Of a stretch of DNA of 36,167 bases, positions 26,665 through 36,079 are shown in pieces. The notes beneath the pieces are model-generated. The model was not told the DNA's origin and did no database searches. It saw only the letters and a program-made list of their open reading frames with translations. Source of the DNA: Candidatus Pacearchaeota archaeon (GTDB lineage Archaea > Nanobdellota > Nanobdellia > Pacearchaeales > GW2011-AR1); the NCBI GenBank assembly GCA_041679005.1, contig JBAYNB010000002.1, positions 1-36,167 of the forward strand, written 5' to 3'. The position numbers and the translations under genes are program-made. Position 1 is the stretch's first letter. Every line of letters starts with the position of its first letter.

Positions 26665-26826
26665 ATGAAACAAAAATCATCTAAAAAATTTAATTGGAAA
26701 GTTGTAATTTATTCTTTAATTGCTCTGGGATTTTTAGCTCTTAGTTTTATTGTTGATTGGATATTTGTGATTGGAGCAGTTGTTATGATTTGGCTCAATC
26801 AGAGAGAGTTGAATAGGGGGAGATAA
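26665..26826 (+). CDS. putative 53-aa two-TM membrane peptide (not in supplied ORF track)
   Basis: My translation is MKQKSSKKFNWKVVIYSLIALGFLALSFIVDWIFVIGAVVMIWLNQRELNRGR*. It has a Lys-rich N-terminus and two hydrophobic helices. An AT-rich TATA-like stretch lies 22-29 nt upstream. Confidence 0.4.
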   Translation: MKQKSSKKFNWKVVIYSLIALGFLALSFIVDWIFVIGAVVMIWLNQRELNRGR

Positions 26827-26850
26827 AATAATGCAGACAAATCTAAAAGG

Positions 26851-27678
26851 TTACTTTTTTGAATAAGCTATCTCTACTTTATCTCCGTCATGTAGATTTT
26901 CTTGTTCTATTAAAACTATATTATCTTTAATCTTTGGAGACATTAAAACAATTCTACCGCATGAATCTATCCTTCTAATAAAAAATTTATATTTATCTAA
27001 TTTAAATGGAAATATTAATTTTGTCTTTGAGTAATCTGTAAGTTCTATAAACTCTTGAATAAAATAATCTTGATTTATCTCATCTGCTTTAAGATCACTC
27101 ATAATATTATTTTGCTTTAAAACTATCTTTATTTTGTATAACTTATCTTTTTTTAATTTTTCAATTATTTGATAAGTATCATTCCCACAAAAGTGTATGT
27201 CTTTTTTATTATCTAATAAAATCCCATCTAAGAGAACATAAAAATTTAACTTCTCTTTAACATTAGCAGATCCTCTCCTAAATCTATAATGAGTATTATC
27301 CTCCAGAGCAGTTATATCTATAGTTGTTTCTTCTAAAATATCTAGATTATACGGATTGGTTTTATCCAAAGAAGGAATCATCTTCTTTGTAGAGATGGTC
27401 TCGTTTACTTTGTAAGGATATTTTTTTACTAATGTAATCATTTCTTCTCTCAAATCTTCTCTTATTTGTTGTCTAAATATCTCTTGTCCAATCTTTGAAA
27501 TAATGATATTTATTATAATTAAACTTATTCCAATTTGTATAAATGTTCCACCAATAAATTGGATTATATCAGATTTATTAAATAATAGATAAAGAATAAT
27601 TCCCAAAGCAAAGGAGATTATAGAGATAACTAAGGAAATGTCAGAAAATTTTCTTTCTTTTTGTTTAGAGGTAACCAT
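26851..27678 (-). CDS. hypothetical membrane protein: two N-terminal TM helices plus roughly 200-aa soluble domain
   Basis: TM1 ISLVISIISFALGIILYLLF and TM2 IGGTFIQIGISLIIINIIISKI. The remainder appears beta-rich from its alternating pattern, with no motif I recognise. It has its own TATA and a GGGGGTGAT SD-like element upstream. Confidence 0.65.
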   Translation of the reverse strand: MVTSKQKERKFSDISLVISIISFALGIILYLLFNKSDIIQFIGGTFIQIGISLIIINIIISKIGQEIFRQQIREDLREEMITLVKKYPYKVNETISTKKMIPSLDKTNPYNLDILEETTIDITALEDNTHYRFRRGSANVKEKLNFYVLLDGILLDNKKDIHFCGNDTYQIIEKLKKDKLYKIKIVLKQNNIMSDLKADEINQDYFIQEFIELTDYSKTKLIFPFKLDKYKFFIRRIDSCGRIVLMSPKIKDNIVLIEQENLHDGDKVEIAYSKK

Positions 27679-27833
27679 CTTTCTTGTTAAAAATCACCCC
27701 CTAACATATTGGAAAGATTAGTTCCCAGATATTAATGCCATGTCTATATTTATGAATTATACTTTATAAAGATATGTTACTAATAATCAGTAACTTAGTC
27801 TAAGCCTATGCAGATGATTGTATAATTAATTTT

Positions 27834-30452
27834 TTATTCCGTCCCTTTCTTTTTCACAATCTCTTTCATTATCTCTGTATGAACTCTTTTCAAGAAATCA
27901 ATTTTGTCTTCCATACGCATAAGGTCATAGTGACCTTGAAGAATTAGGTTTGTTGCAAATGGAGACGGCAGAGTGGTATCAATTGTTACTAACTTAACTT
28001 GTTTGCTTTTTATCCACTGAATTACTTGTTTTGCTTGTTCTAAATCCATTAGGTCTTCTAAAACTTCTCTTCTTGCTTCTTTAAGAATTGGAAAATTCTT
28101 TGTCATTTTATTTATGGTGTTAAGAAGGAAGAAAGAAGACATTTGTTGCTTACCTACTGATTTTCTTCTTCCTTTATAATTTCTTAAAATCATTAGAGAA
28201 CGAGCTGCACAATGACGAAATCTTCGTTTTAGAATTTCTGTGTTTGAAATTGCCTGATCTAAAATTTCACTTAAATTATCTGGTGTTAAAAAATCAAGTG
28301 CTTTTTCTATTGGAAGATTTTCTCCTGCTAAATAAAATCCATTGTCATTAATTCCTATTTCTATATCTCTTTTTGTTGTCTGACCAATAAGATAAGCAAT
28401 AGCTCTAGATAAAGCATCATTAACACGTCTGCCGTAAAGAGAGTGAAAAATTACATAATTTTTTTCTCCTTTATATTTTTCAATTATAAACTGACTTGTA
28501 TGAGGAATTTTTGCATAATGAAACTGCTCATAAAAGTATCTATAAATTGCTAAAGCAACACTGTCTTGACAATATGTGTGTTCTTTAATCCAAATGAGTA
28601 TATCCTCTTTACTGAACTTTTTTTCAAATTTTTCATTTAATAATTTTCTAAATCTCTGGATTTCCATTGCAGAATCAAAACTTAATGGAAGCATTTCTGA
28701 GAACCAGCTAGGAATTGTAGGATTTTTTTTAATTCCTGCCTTAACATAGGCTTTCATTCCCTTGGTATATAAAAATTGATATTTTTTTCCTCCTAGAACA
28801 AAAACATCTCCGGGTTTTATCTTTTCTAAAAAACCTTCATCAATCATACCTATTTTCTGGCTTTTTCCTTCACCTGAACCTATTACAACAGTCATAAAAC
28901 TTTCTTCAGGAATTGTTCCAATATTAGTCATGTAGATAACACGAGCAAGCATTCCCTTTTTACCAACTTGTTTTGTATCTTTATCATACCAAATTTTTGC
29001 ATAAACATTTCTATGTTCCAAACCATAATCTCCTGTTAAATAAGAAATTACTGACATAAAATCTTCCCTAGACAAAGTTGAATAGCAATAGGATTTTTTT
29101 ATTACTTCAAACATATTATCTATATCCCAAGTTTTTTGAATAGACATCCCGTAGATTTGTTGAGCAAGAACATCAAGACAATTTCTAGGGATATGAATTC
29201 TATCAATCTTTCTTTCAATTGCTTCTTTTGCTAAAATTGTACATTCTACTAAATCATCTCTGTCTAGGACAATAAACCTTCCTTTAGAAATATCATGAAG
29301 CTTGTGACCTGCTCTTCCTATTCTCTGCAAAGCTCTTGCAGAAGATTTTGGGCTTCCTAAAAGAATTACTAAATCAATAAATCCAATGTCTATACCAAGT
29401 TCAAGAGAGGTTGATGTAACTACTACTTTTAATTCTCCTTTTCTTAATTTTTCTTCAATCTCAAATCTATATTCTTTAGATAAAGCAGAATGATGTGCTC
29501 CTATGTTTTCTAGATAATTTTCTGGAAACATATCTTTGAGATGATTAATTACTCTTTCTGTTGCAGCTCTTGTATTTGTAAAAATAACAGTTGTTTTATG
29601 TGCTTGAATTAGTTTATCTATTAAACCATAGAGAGAAGAATGTAAATCATATTGATTAGTATCAATTAAATCAGTTACAGGAGTTAAAACTTTAATTTCT
29701 GTTTCTTTTGTTGATTTAATATCTGCTATTAAACATGCTCTATCTTTTCCTACTAAAAAATTTGCTACAGTATCTAATGGCTCGATGGTTGCACTTAATC
29801 CAATTCTTACAGGAGTTATTTTACTAATTGTTTCTAATCTTTCAAGACTAATACTAAGATAAACTCCTCGTTTATTATCTAATGAATGAATTTCATCTAA
29901 AATTATAAATTCAACTCCATAGAATAATTCTATGAATTTCTTAGATGTAAGAACTATTGCTAGGCTTTCTGGAGTGGTTATAAAAATATGTGGAGGATTT
30001 TTCAACATCTTAGTTTTTTCATTTGTTGTTGTATCGCCAGTTCTTACTCCAAGTCTTATTTTTTGTAGCTTGATTCCTTTAGTCTCAGCTAATTCTTCAA
30101 TCTCAGTAAGAGGTCTTGTTAGATTAACAAAGATATCATTATTAAGAGCCTTAAGAGGAGAAGAATAAATGCAATAGACTTTATTTTCTAGTTCATTTTT
30201 TCTTGCAAGAATGATTAAATAATTTAAGATAGATAGAAAACTAGTCAGAGTTTTTCCTGAACCTGTTGCCGCAGATATAAGGATATTCTTTCTTTCAAAG
30301 ATATTCATAACACCGTATAATTGGGAATCTGAAAACTCTTTAAATTTTGAAAAAAACCATTCTTTAACCAGAGGGTCCAGAGTATTAATTATTTCTTCAG
30401 ATTTTCTGAGCTCTGCTCGCGGATAAATTGGAGATTTTTCTTGAGGGTGCAT
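27834..30452 (-). CDS. lhr: Lhr-core-type ATP-dependent DEAH-box helicase
   Basis: Motif I AATGSGKT, II DEIH, III SAT, VI QRIGRAGH. The C-terminal Lhr-associated region includes RFRHCAARSLMILRNYKGRR. 872 aa. Confidence 0.88.
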   Translation of the reverse strand: MHPQEKSPIYPRAELRKSEEIINTLDPLVKEWFFSKFKEFSDSQLYGVMNIFERKNILISAATGSGKTLTSFLSILNYLIILARKNELENKVYCIYSSPLKALNNDIFVNLTRPLTEIEELAETKGIKLQKIRLGVRTGDTTTNEKTKMLKNPPHIFITTPESLAIVLTSKKFIELFYGVEFIILDEIHSLDNKRGVYLSISLERLETISKITPVRIGLSATIEPLDTVANFLVGKDRACLIADIKSTKETEIKVLTPVTDLIDTNQYDLHSSLYGLIDKLIQAHKTTVIFTNTRAATERVINHLKDMFPENYLENIGAHHSALSKEYRFEIEEKLRKGELKVVVTSTSLELGIDIGFIDLVILLGSPKSSARALQRIGRAGHKLHDISKGRFIVLDRDDLVECTILAKEAIERKIDRIHIPRNCLDVLAQQIYGMSIQKTWDIDNMFEVIKKSYCYSTLSREDFMSVISYLTGDYGLEHRNVYAKIWYDKDTKQVGKKGMLARVIYMTNIGTIPEESFMTVVIGSGEGKSQKIGMIDEGFLEKIKPGDVFVLGGKKYQFLYTKGMKAYVKAGIKKNPTIPSWFSEMLPLSFDSAMEIQRFRKLLNEKFEKKFSKEDILIWIKEHTYCQDSVALAIYRYFYEQFHYAKIPHTSQFIIEKYKGEKNYVIFHSLYGRRVNDALSRAIAYLIGQTTKRDIEIGINDNGFYLAGENLPIEKALDFLTPDNLSEILDQAISNTEILKRRFRHCAARSLMILRNYKGRRKSVGKQQMSSFFLLNTINKMTKNFPILKEARREVLEDLMDLEQAKQVIQWIKSKQVKLVTIDTTLPSPFATNLILQGHYDLMRMEDKIDFLKRVHTEIMKEIVKKKGTE

Positions 30453-30668
30453 TTTGTTTTATATTTGTTTTATTTTTTAATATTAATATTTGTTGTAGGC
30501 TTTGTTATGAATTGTGTAGCTTAAACTAGTGATTGTGTAATTTAATACTTTATAAATTATAGATATTTAGTTTTATGTTTTTATAAAATACTCTTAAGAA
30601 CCCTTTATAGATAATGATAAGAATAAGATGTTTTTAAAATATTGGGTCGAGAATTAATTTCTATTTTT

Positions 30669-31475
30669 TTATTCCAACTGTCCTGCGAAATCTTCTAATT
30701 TGTAATCAAATTTGATTTTTTTGTTTTTGCAATACTCTCTTGCTAAGATGTATAAGATACATCCAACAGATTTTGCAGACTTGTTATTACATGGAATTAA
30801 TTGAGTTATATTTGTTGTAAAATTATTTGTATCGCAAAGTGAAAGAACTGGCTTTTTTAATCTTGCAGTATCTACTAAAGCATTTTTATCAATCCAAGGG
30901 TCGCAGATTATTGTTAGTTCTTTTTCAAAAAAATCTTCAAGTTCTAAATTAGTAGTAACTCCTGGAGGATATTTTTTTGTGAAAATTAATATTCCTGTTG
31001 CTTCTCCGAATTTTTTAGCTGCTTCCCATCCTGCTTCTCTTTTGCAAGCTAAATAAATTTGTTCTGGGTCATATTTAATAACTAATTCTATTGCTCTCCT
31101 TAATTTCTCGTCTATTGCAACAGTATTAATAACAGCAAGTCCATCTGCTCTTCTTTTGTAAACATATTTTCTCATATGAGGAGTAATTACTTTTGTTCCC
31201 AAATGAACTGCACATTTAATGTAATCTTCTAGGGGAATAAGGGTTTCTGTTTGAGTTTTTAATTTTAAATCTTTTGCTTCTTTTTCTATTTCTTTTTTAG
31301 AAATCTTTTTTGAAGCTTCTTGAATCTCTTCATCAGTTAAATCTTTTATTGCTAATTTTTTATTAGATTTTTTAATCTGAAATCCTTCTTCAGTCTCTTC
31401 TTTTTTCATTTTTTCTTTAAGCTCATCAGCTAGACTTCTCATAGGAATTCTTTCTTCTTGTTTTTCTTGTGCCAT
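30669..31475 (-). CDS. rps2: 30S ribosomal protein uS2 with roughly 77-aa K/E-rich N-terminal extension
   Basis: Core LIPLEDYIKCAVHLGTKVITPHMRKYVYKRRADGLAVINT matches archaeal S2. The extension MAQEKQEERI...KDLKLKTQTET precedes it. Confidence 0.86.
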   Translation of the reverse strand: MAQEKQEERIPMRSLADELKEKMKKEETEEGFQIKKSNKKLAIKDLTDEEIQEASKKISKKEIEKEAKDLKLKTQTETLIPLEDYIKCAVHLGTKVITPHMRKYVYKRRADGLAVINTVAIDEKLRRAIELVIKYDPEQIYLACKREAGWEAAKKFGEATGILIFTKKYPPGVTTNLELEDFFEKELTIICDPWIDKNALVDTARLKKPVLSLCDTNNFTTNITQLIPCNNKSAKSVGCILYILAREYCKNKKIKFDYKLEDFAGQLE

Positions 31476-31496
31476 AGAATTTTATTGAGAGATTGG

Positions 31497-31504
31497 TTTA
31501 TAAA
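31497..31504 (-). promoter_or_regulatory. TATA box for uS2 (leaderless spacing)
   Basis: TTTATAAA with 21 nt between the box and the ATG at 31475. Confidence 0.5.
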
Positions 31505-31633
31505 TGTTTTGAAGAGAACACATTGATTTGGATTAGAAGAATAGCTTCAAATCTTCTTGAAGCTTCAATATAGTTTATAAAACTCAGGTGAGGGTTTTAG
31601 ACTTTAGAACATAGTGAAGGACATAAAACAAAA

Positions 31634-31641
31634 TTTATAAA
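31634..31641 (+). promoter_or_regulatory. TATA box for secreted protein gene 31663
   Basis: TTTATAAA with 21 nt between the box and the ATG. Confidence 0.5.
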
Positions 31642-31662
31642 GAGCAAAAGATTAGATAAATT

Positions 31663-32196
31663 ATGGGAAAAATAATATTAGGTACAATTTTGGGAATCTT
31701 AACTGGAATATTGATTCTTGGAATGATTAATGTTGTGAGTGCTGAAGAGAATTATGTGTGTGGAGAGCTTATAATTATGTTTCAAAAAAATGTGGCTAAT
31801 AATTCAATAAATAGTTTGCTGAACAAATATCATTTAGCCTGGGGGGAATCTTATCCTCAAGTAATGAGTTCAAATAATGTGTGGGGAGTTGTTCTTGTTC
31901 CATCTGGAAGTGAAAATAAGTTTATAAAAATTTTAAAAAAAGAACCCATTATACTCTCTGCAGAATTAAATATAATTATGTATCCAAACAGCGATGATGC
32001 TAGTGAAACAGATTGTTCAAAGGTAGGGAATAAGACTAGTAAATGGAATAATAAATGGAACAATAACTGGAAGAGGTTTAGTTTATCAAATAATATAAAA
32101 ATTAAGCTCAAGTCCATTTCTAAAAAAAACTTAGAAAAAACAATGAAAGGGAAATCTTTTAATTCTCTTTATGAATTAATAGAAAAGAAGAAGTAA
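31663..32196 (+). CDS. secreted protein, possibly a free-standing subtilisin-prodomain (I9)-like domain with K/N/W-rich tail
   Basis: Signal peptide ...GILILGMINVVSA|EE. GELIIMFQKNV...FIKILKKEPIILSAELNIIMYP resembles I9 propeptides (compare ...[13 protein letters not shown]... in subtilisin). The tail contains KWNNKWNNNWKR. Confidence 0.65.
   Translation: MGKIILGTILGILTGILILGMINVVSAEENYVCGELIIMFQKNVANNSINSLLNKYHLAWGESYPQVMSSNNVWGVVLVPSGSENKFIKILKKEPIILSAELNIIMYPNSDDASETDCSKVGNKTSKWNNKWNNNWKRFSLSNNIKIKLKSISKKNLEKTMKGKSFNSLYELIEKKK
31712..31742 (+). repeat. 31-nt exact repeat, copy 1 (signal-peptide core)
   Basis: tgattcttggaatgattaatgttgtgagtgc is identical to 32376..32406. It encodes ILGMINVVSA. 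Confidence 0.9.
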
Positions 32197-32297
32197 TTTT
32201 AAAATAAAGTAGATTAAATTTATTTTATAATTCCTATATTAAATTAACCTTTAAATTGAATGCAATAAGTTCAATAGCTCTTGAAGTTATAACAGGA

Positions 32298-32305
32298 TTT
32301 ATAAA
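32298..32305 (+). promoter_or_regulatory. TATA box for secreted protein gene 32326
   Basis: TTTATAAA with 20 nt between the box and the ATG. Confidence 0.5.
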
Positions 32306-32325
32306 TAATAAAGAGATATAATTTT

Positions 32326-33468
32326 ATGGATAAAACAGTATTAAGTTTGATATTAAGTGTTATTGTAGGAATAATGATTCTTGGAATGATTAATGTTGTG
32401 AGTGCGGAAAGTGATAATAATTCTAATAATCAATTAAATATTTGCAAAAGTCTCTATTGGATAGATAATGATAATAAAGATTGTTCTCAAAAAGAATTTT
32501 GTGGAGCATATATGTATTATAGTTTACAAACCTTTGAAAGTAAAACTCAATGTGAAAATGCTTTGGGTGAAACAACGACTACATTAAATTTATATGATAT
32601 AAGCAACTCAGATGGCTATGAAAATGATAAAATTAAGTTCAAAGAATCTGATGGGAATATTATTGAAGTATCTATAATTTCTGATGGGGAGGCAAGACTT
32701 AATTATAATGGTATTTCTTATGATATAACCTACACGAGTTCTTCAATCACAATCAATGGAAAAAGCTATTCTAAAGGCGATGTTATTGATTTTGAAAATA
32801 ATAATTGCAATGAGATGGGTTGTGTGCATACTTTAAAAGAAGGAGAATCTATTGTTTTTAATGGTCTTAATATAACTTTAAAAGAATATGATTCTAATTA
32901 CATCTTCACTCAAAATTTAGGTGATGGTTCTATAATAAATGTAAGCAATGCTACATTTGATATAGATGGTGTAAATACTCCAATTGATTTTATTCCTGTT
33001 GATTATAATAGTGTGGCCATGCCATTATATAAAAATTGGGCAATAAACTTTTTGCAAGAGAGTGCCCCTCAAGGATATTTAAAATTTATGATAGGAATGA
33101 CTACCTGCACAGGAAGTTCTTGTGGTCCAAAAACCTGTCCAAACAAATCAAAAAATGAAGAGGGGATATGTAAATACTCTTTATCTAACGGAAGAAAAGC
33201 TGAAATTAAAATAATGCCTGAAACAGCTTCGGAAAGAGCAAGAGAAAGATTAGGGGAATTAAATTTTACAATTGAATTAAAAGAAGTTGTGAGTGGAAGT
33301 GAAACAAGAGATAACAGACCTGTTTATGAATTAACAGGAGACAAAGAAGGAAGATTTTTAGGATTATTTAAAACAAAAGGAAAAATTATTACTCAAATCG
33401 ATGCTGAAACTGGTGAAGTTGTTAAAACCAAAAAACCCTGGTGGGCTTTTCTAGCGAGTGGGATTTAG
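32326..33468 (+). CDS. secreted Cys-containing protein with PepSY-like C-terminal domain
   Basis: Signal peptide ...GIMILGMINVVSA|ES. C-terminus SNGRKAEIKIMPETASERARERL...PVYELTGDKEGRFLGLFKTKGKIITQIDAETGEVVKTKKPWWAFL has PepSY-like topology. I recall this recurring archaeal C-terminal module from memory; it is unverified. Confidence 0.68.
   Translation: MDKTVLSLILSVIVGIMILGMINVVSAESDNNSNNQLNICKSLYWIDNDNKDCSQKEFCGAYMYYSLQTFESKTQCENALGETTTTLNLYDISNSDGYENDKIKFKESDGNIIEVSIISDGEARLNYNGISYDITYTSSSITINGKSYSKGDVIDFENNNCNEMGCVHTLKEGESIVFNGLNITLKEYDSNYIFTQNLGDGSIINVSNATFDIDGVNTPIDFIPVDYNSVAMPLYKNWAINFLQESAPQGYLKFMIGMTTCTGSSCGPKTCPNKSKNEEGICKYSLSNGRKAEIKIMPETASERARERLGELNFTIELKEVVSGSETRDNRPVYELTGDKEGRFLGLFKTKGKIITQIDAETGEVVKTKKPWWAFLASGI
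32376..32406 (+). repeat. 31-nt exact repeat, copy 2 (signal-peptide core)
   Basis: Identical to 31712..31742. The flanking codons of the two genes are clearly diverged. Confidence 0.9.
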
Positions 33469-33513
33469 TCTAACTACCTAATCTTTAAAAAGGAAATCTC
33501 TGTTAATTTTTTA

Positions 33514-33879
33514 ATGAATCAAACAACTACTAAAACAAAGATTAGCAAGACAAAATTGCTCGAAGAACTATTAGGGCACTTTGGGATAGGTGAAGTTCAT
33601 ATAAAACAAGTATATAATTTTTTGAATCTTCAAAAGGATTCGAAATATACTCCTCAAGTTTCTATATCTCATTGCGATTCTGGCACTGATGAAATTGGAA
33701 CATCGATTTATATGTATGTAAAACTCCCAAAAAATAAATGGTTCAAGGATAAAAGAGAATTCAAACTATATGTTCTAAGTCATAATCTCCCAGACCAAAA
33801 AATATATCTTGATAATAATAGGGCAAGTTGTGGGCCCTCTACATTTGGTGGGGTGCATGGAGAATTTTCTAAATCTTGA
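33514..33879 (+). CDS. hypothetical protein (121 aa)
   Basis: ORF with a TATA-like CTTTAAAA 23 nt upstream. I recognise no motif. Confidence 0.5.
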   Translation: MNQTTTKTKISKTKLLEELLGHFGIGEVHIKQVYNFLNLQKDSKYTPQVSISHCDSGTDEIGTSIYMYVKLPKNKWFKDKREFKLYVLSHNLPDQKIYLDNNRASCGPSTFGGVHGEFSKS

Positions 33880-33918
33880 AGCTACAATAATTTAGATAAA
33901 AGATAAAAAATATTTAAG

Positions 33919-34143
33919 ATGAATTTTAAAATTACAAAAGGGAAAGTTATTGGAACAATTGTCATTTCTATAATCTTAAATATTTTATTTTGGTTTTTAT
34001 ATTATTATTCAATTTCAAGCACTGCTGTAGCTCAAACAAATTTAACTAGATTAATTTTAAATTTTAATAATTGGAGTTATTTATTATTAGCAGTTGTTAT
34101 TATCTACATCATCTGGAGTTTGTTTCAAAAAAAGAAGAGATAA
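33919..34143 (+). CDS. small two-TM membrane protein (74 aa)
   Basis: Two hydrophobic helices (VIGTIVISIILNILFWFLYYY, YLLLAVVIIYIIWSLF) and a basic C-terminus KKKR. Confidence 0.5.
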   Translation: MNFKITKGKVIGTIVISIILNILFWFLYYYSISSTAVAQTNLTRLILNFNNWSYLLLAVVIIYIIWSLFQKKKR

Positions 34144-34282
34144 TTAATTATTTTTAAAAATTTTCAATCCCAACATATATATACTTGCTATGCTTTAAAT
34201 AATTAGAATTTATTTTATAGAGAAGGTGAGTTTTCCGTATATATTTTAGATTATCCTATATTAAAGATTTAATTTGATTTTA

Positions 34283-34300
34283 CAGAAACCTTTATAAACC
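34283..34300 (+). promoter_or_regulatory. rRNA operon promoter (BRE-like purine run + TATA box TTTATAAA)
   Basis: cagaaacctttataaacc. The TATA box (34291..34298) lies about 25 nt upstream of the 5' arm of the 16S processing helix and about 240 nt upstream of mature 16S. Confidence 0.6.
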
Positions 34301-34322
34301 TCCATACGCATAAATTTCTATA

Positions 34323-34341
34323 AAATGTTAATGATATTAAC
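34323..34341 (+). repeat. 5' arm of pre-16S processing helix
   Basis: aaatgttaatgatattaac is the perfect reverse complement of 36041..36059. Confidence 0.7.
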
Positions 34342-34537
34342 TAATATGATTACCTTAAATGATTTTAAGTGTAGGATGTAGTAGAATAATTCTTAATAAG
34401 TTTGGGTCATATTTCAATAGCAGAATTAGAAGGTTTATGTGCAAAATATTATTTAATTTATTTTTATAAAAGGTAATCATAAAACAAAAAATTAAATTTG
34501 TCTTCGGATATTTTTGATTTTTTAAATAATAATCTTA

Positions 34538-35982
<1,445 letters not shown>

Positions 35983-36040
35983 ATAATTTATTATAAAAAA
36001 TTATGACACTTATATTTATTAAACAAAATTATTTTACTCG

Positions 36041-36059
36041 GTTAATATCATTAACATTT
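36041..36059 (+). repeat. 3' arm of pre-16S processing helix
   Basis: gttaatatcattaacattt is the perfect reverse complement of 34323..34341. It lies 59 nt after the 16S 3' end and 21 nt before tRNA-Ala. Confidence 0.7.
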
Positions 36060-36079
36060 CATATTCATGGACAAAGGGA

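Noticed and set aside
1318-30168. Other short antisense or overlapping ORFs in the track: 253..438-, 1318..1503+, 1805..2014+, 10177..10377+, 11093..11293+, 15398..15643-, 16483..16686-, 19537..19731-, 20195..20422-, 21089..21277+, 23724..23915-, 24244..24513-, 29932..30168+ and 31857..32117-.
   Set aside because: Each is embedded antisense in, or overlaps, a gene with strong motif support. None has recognisable motifs or a promoter or SD context.
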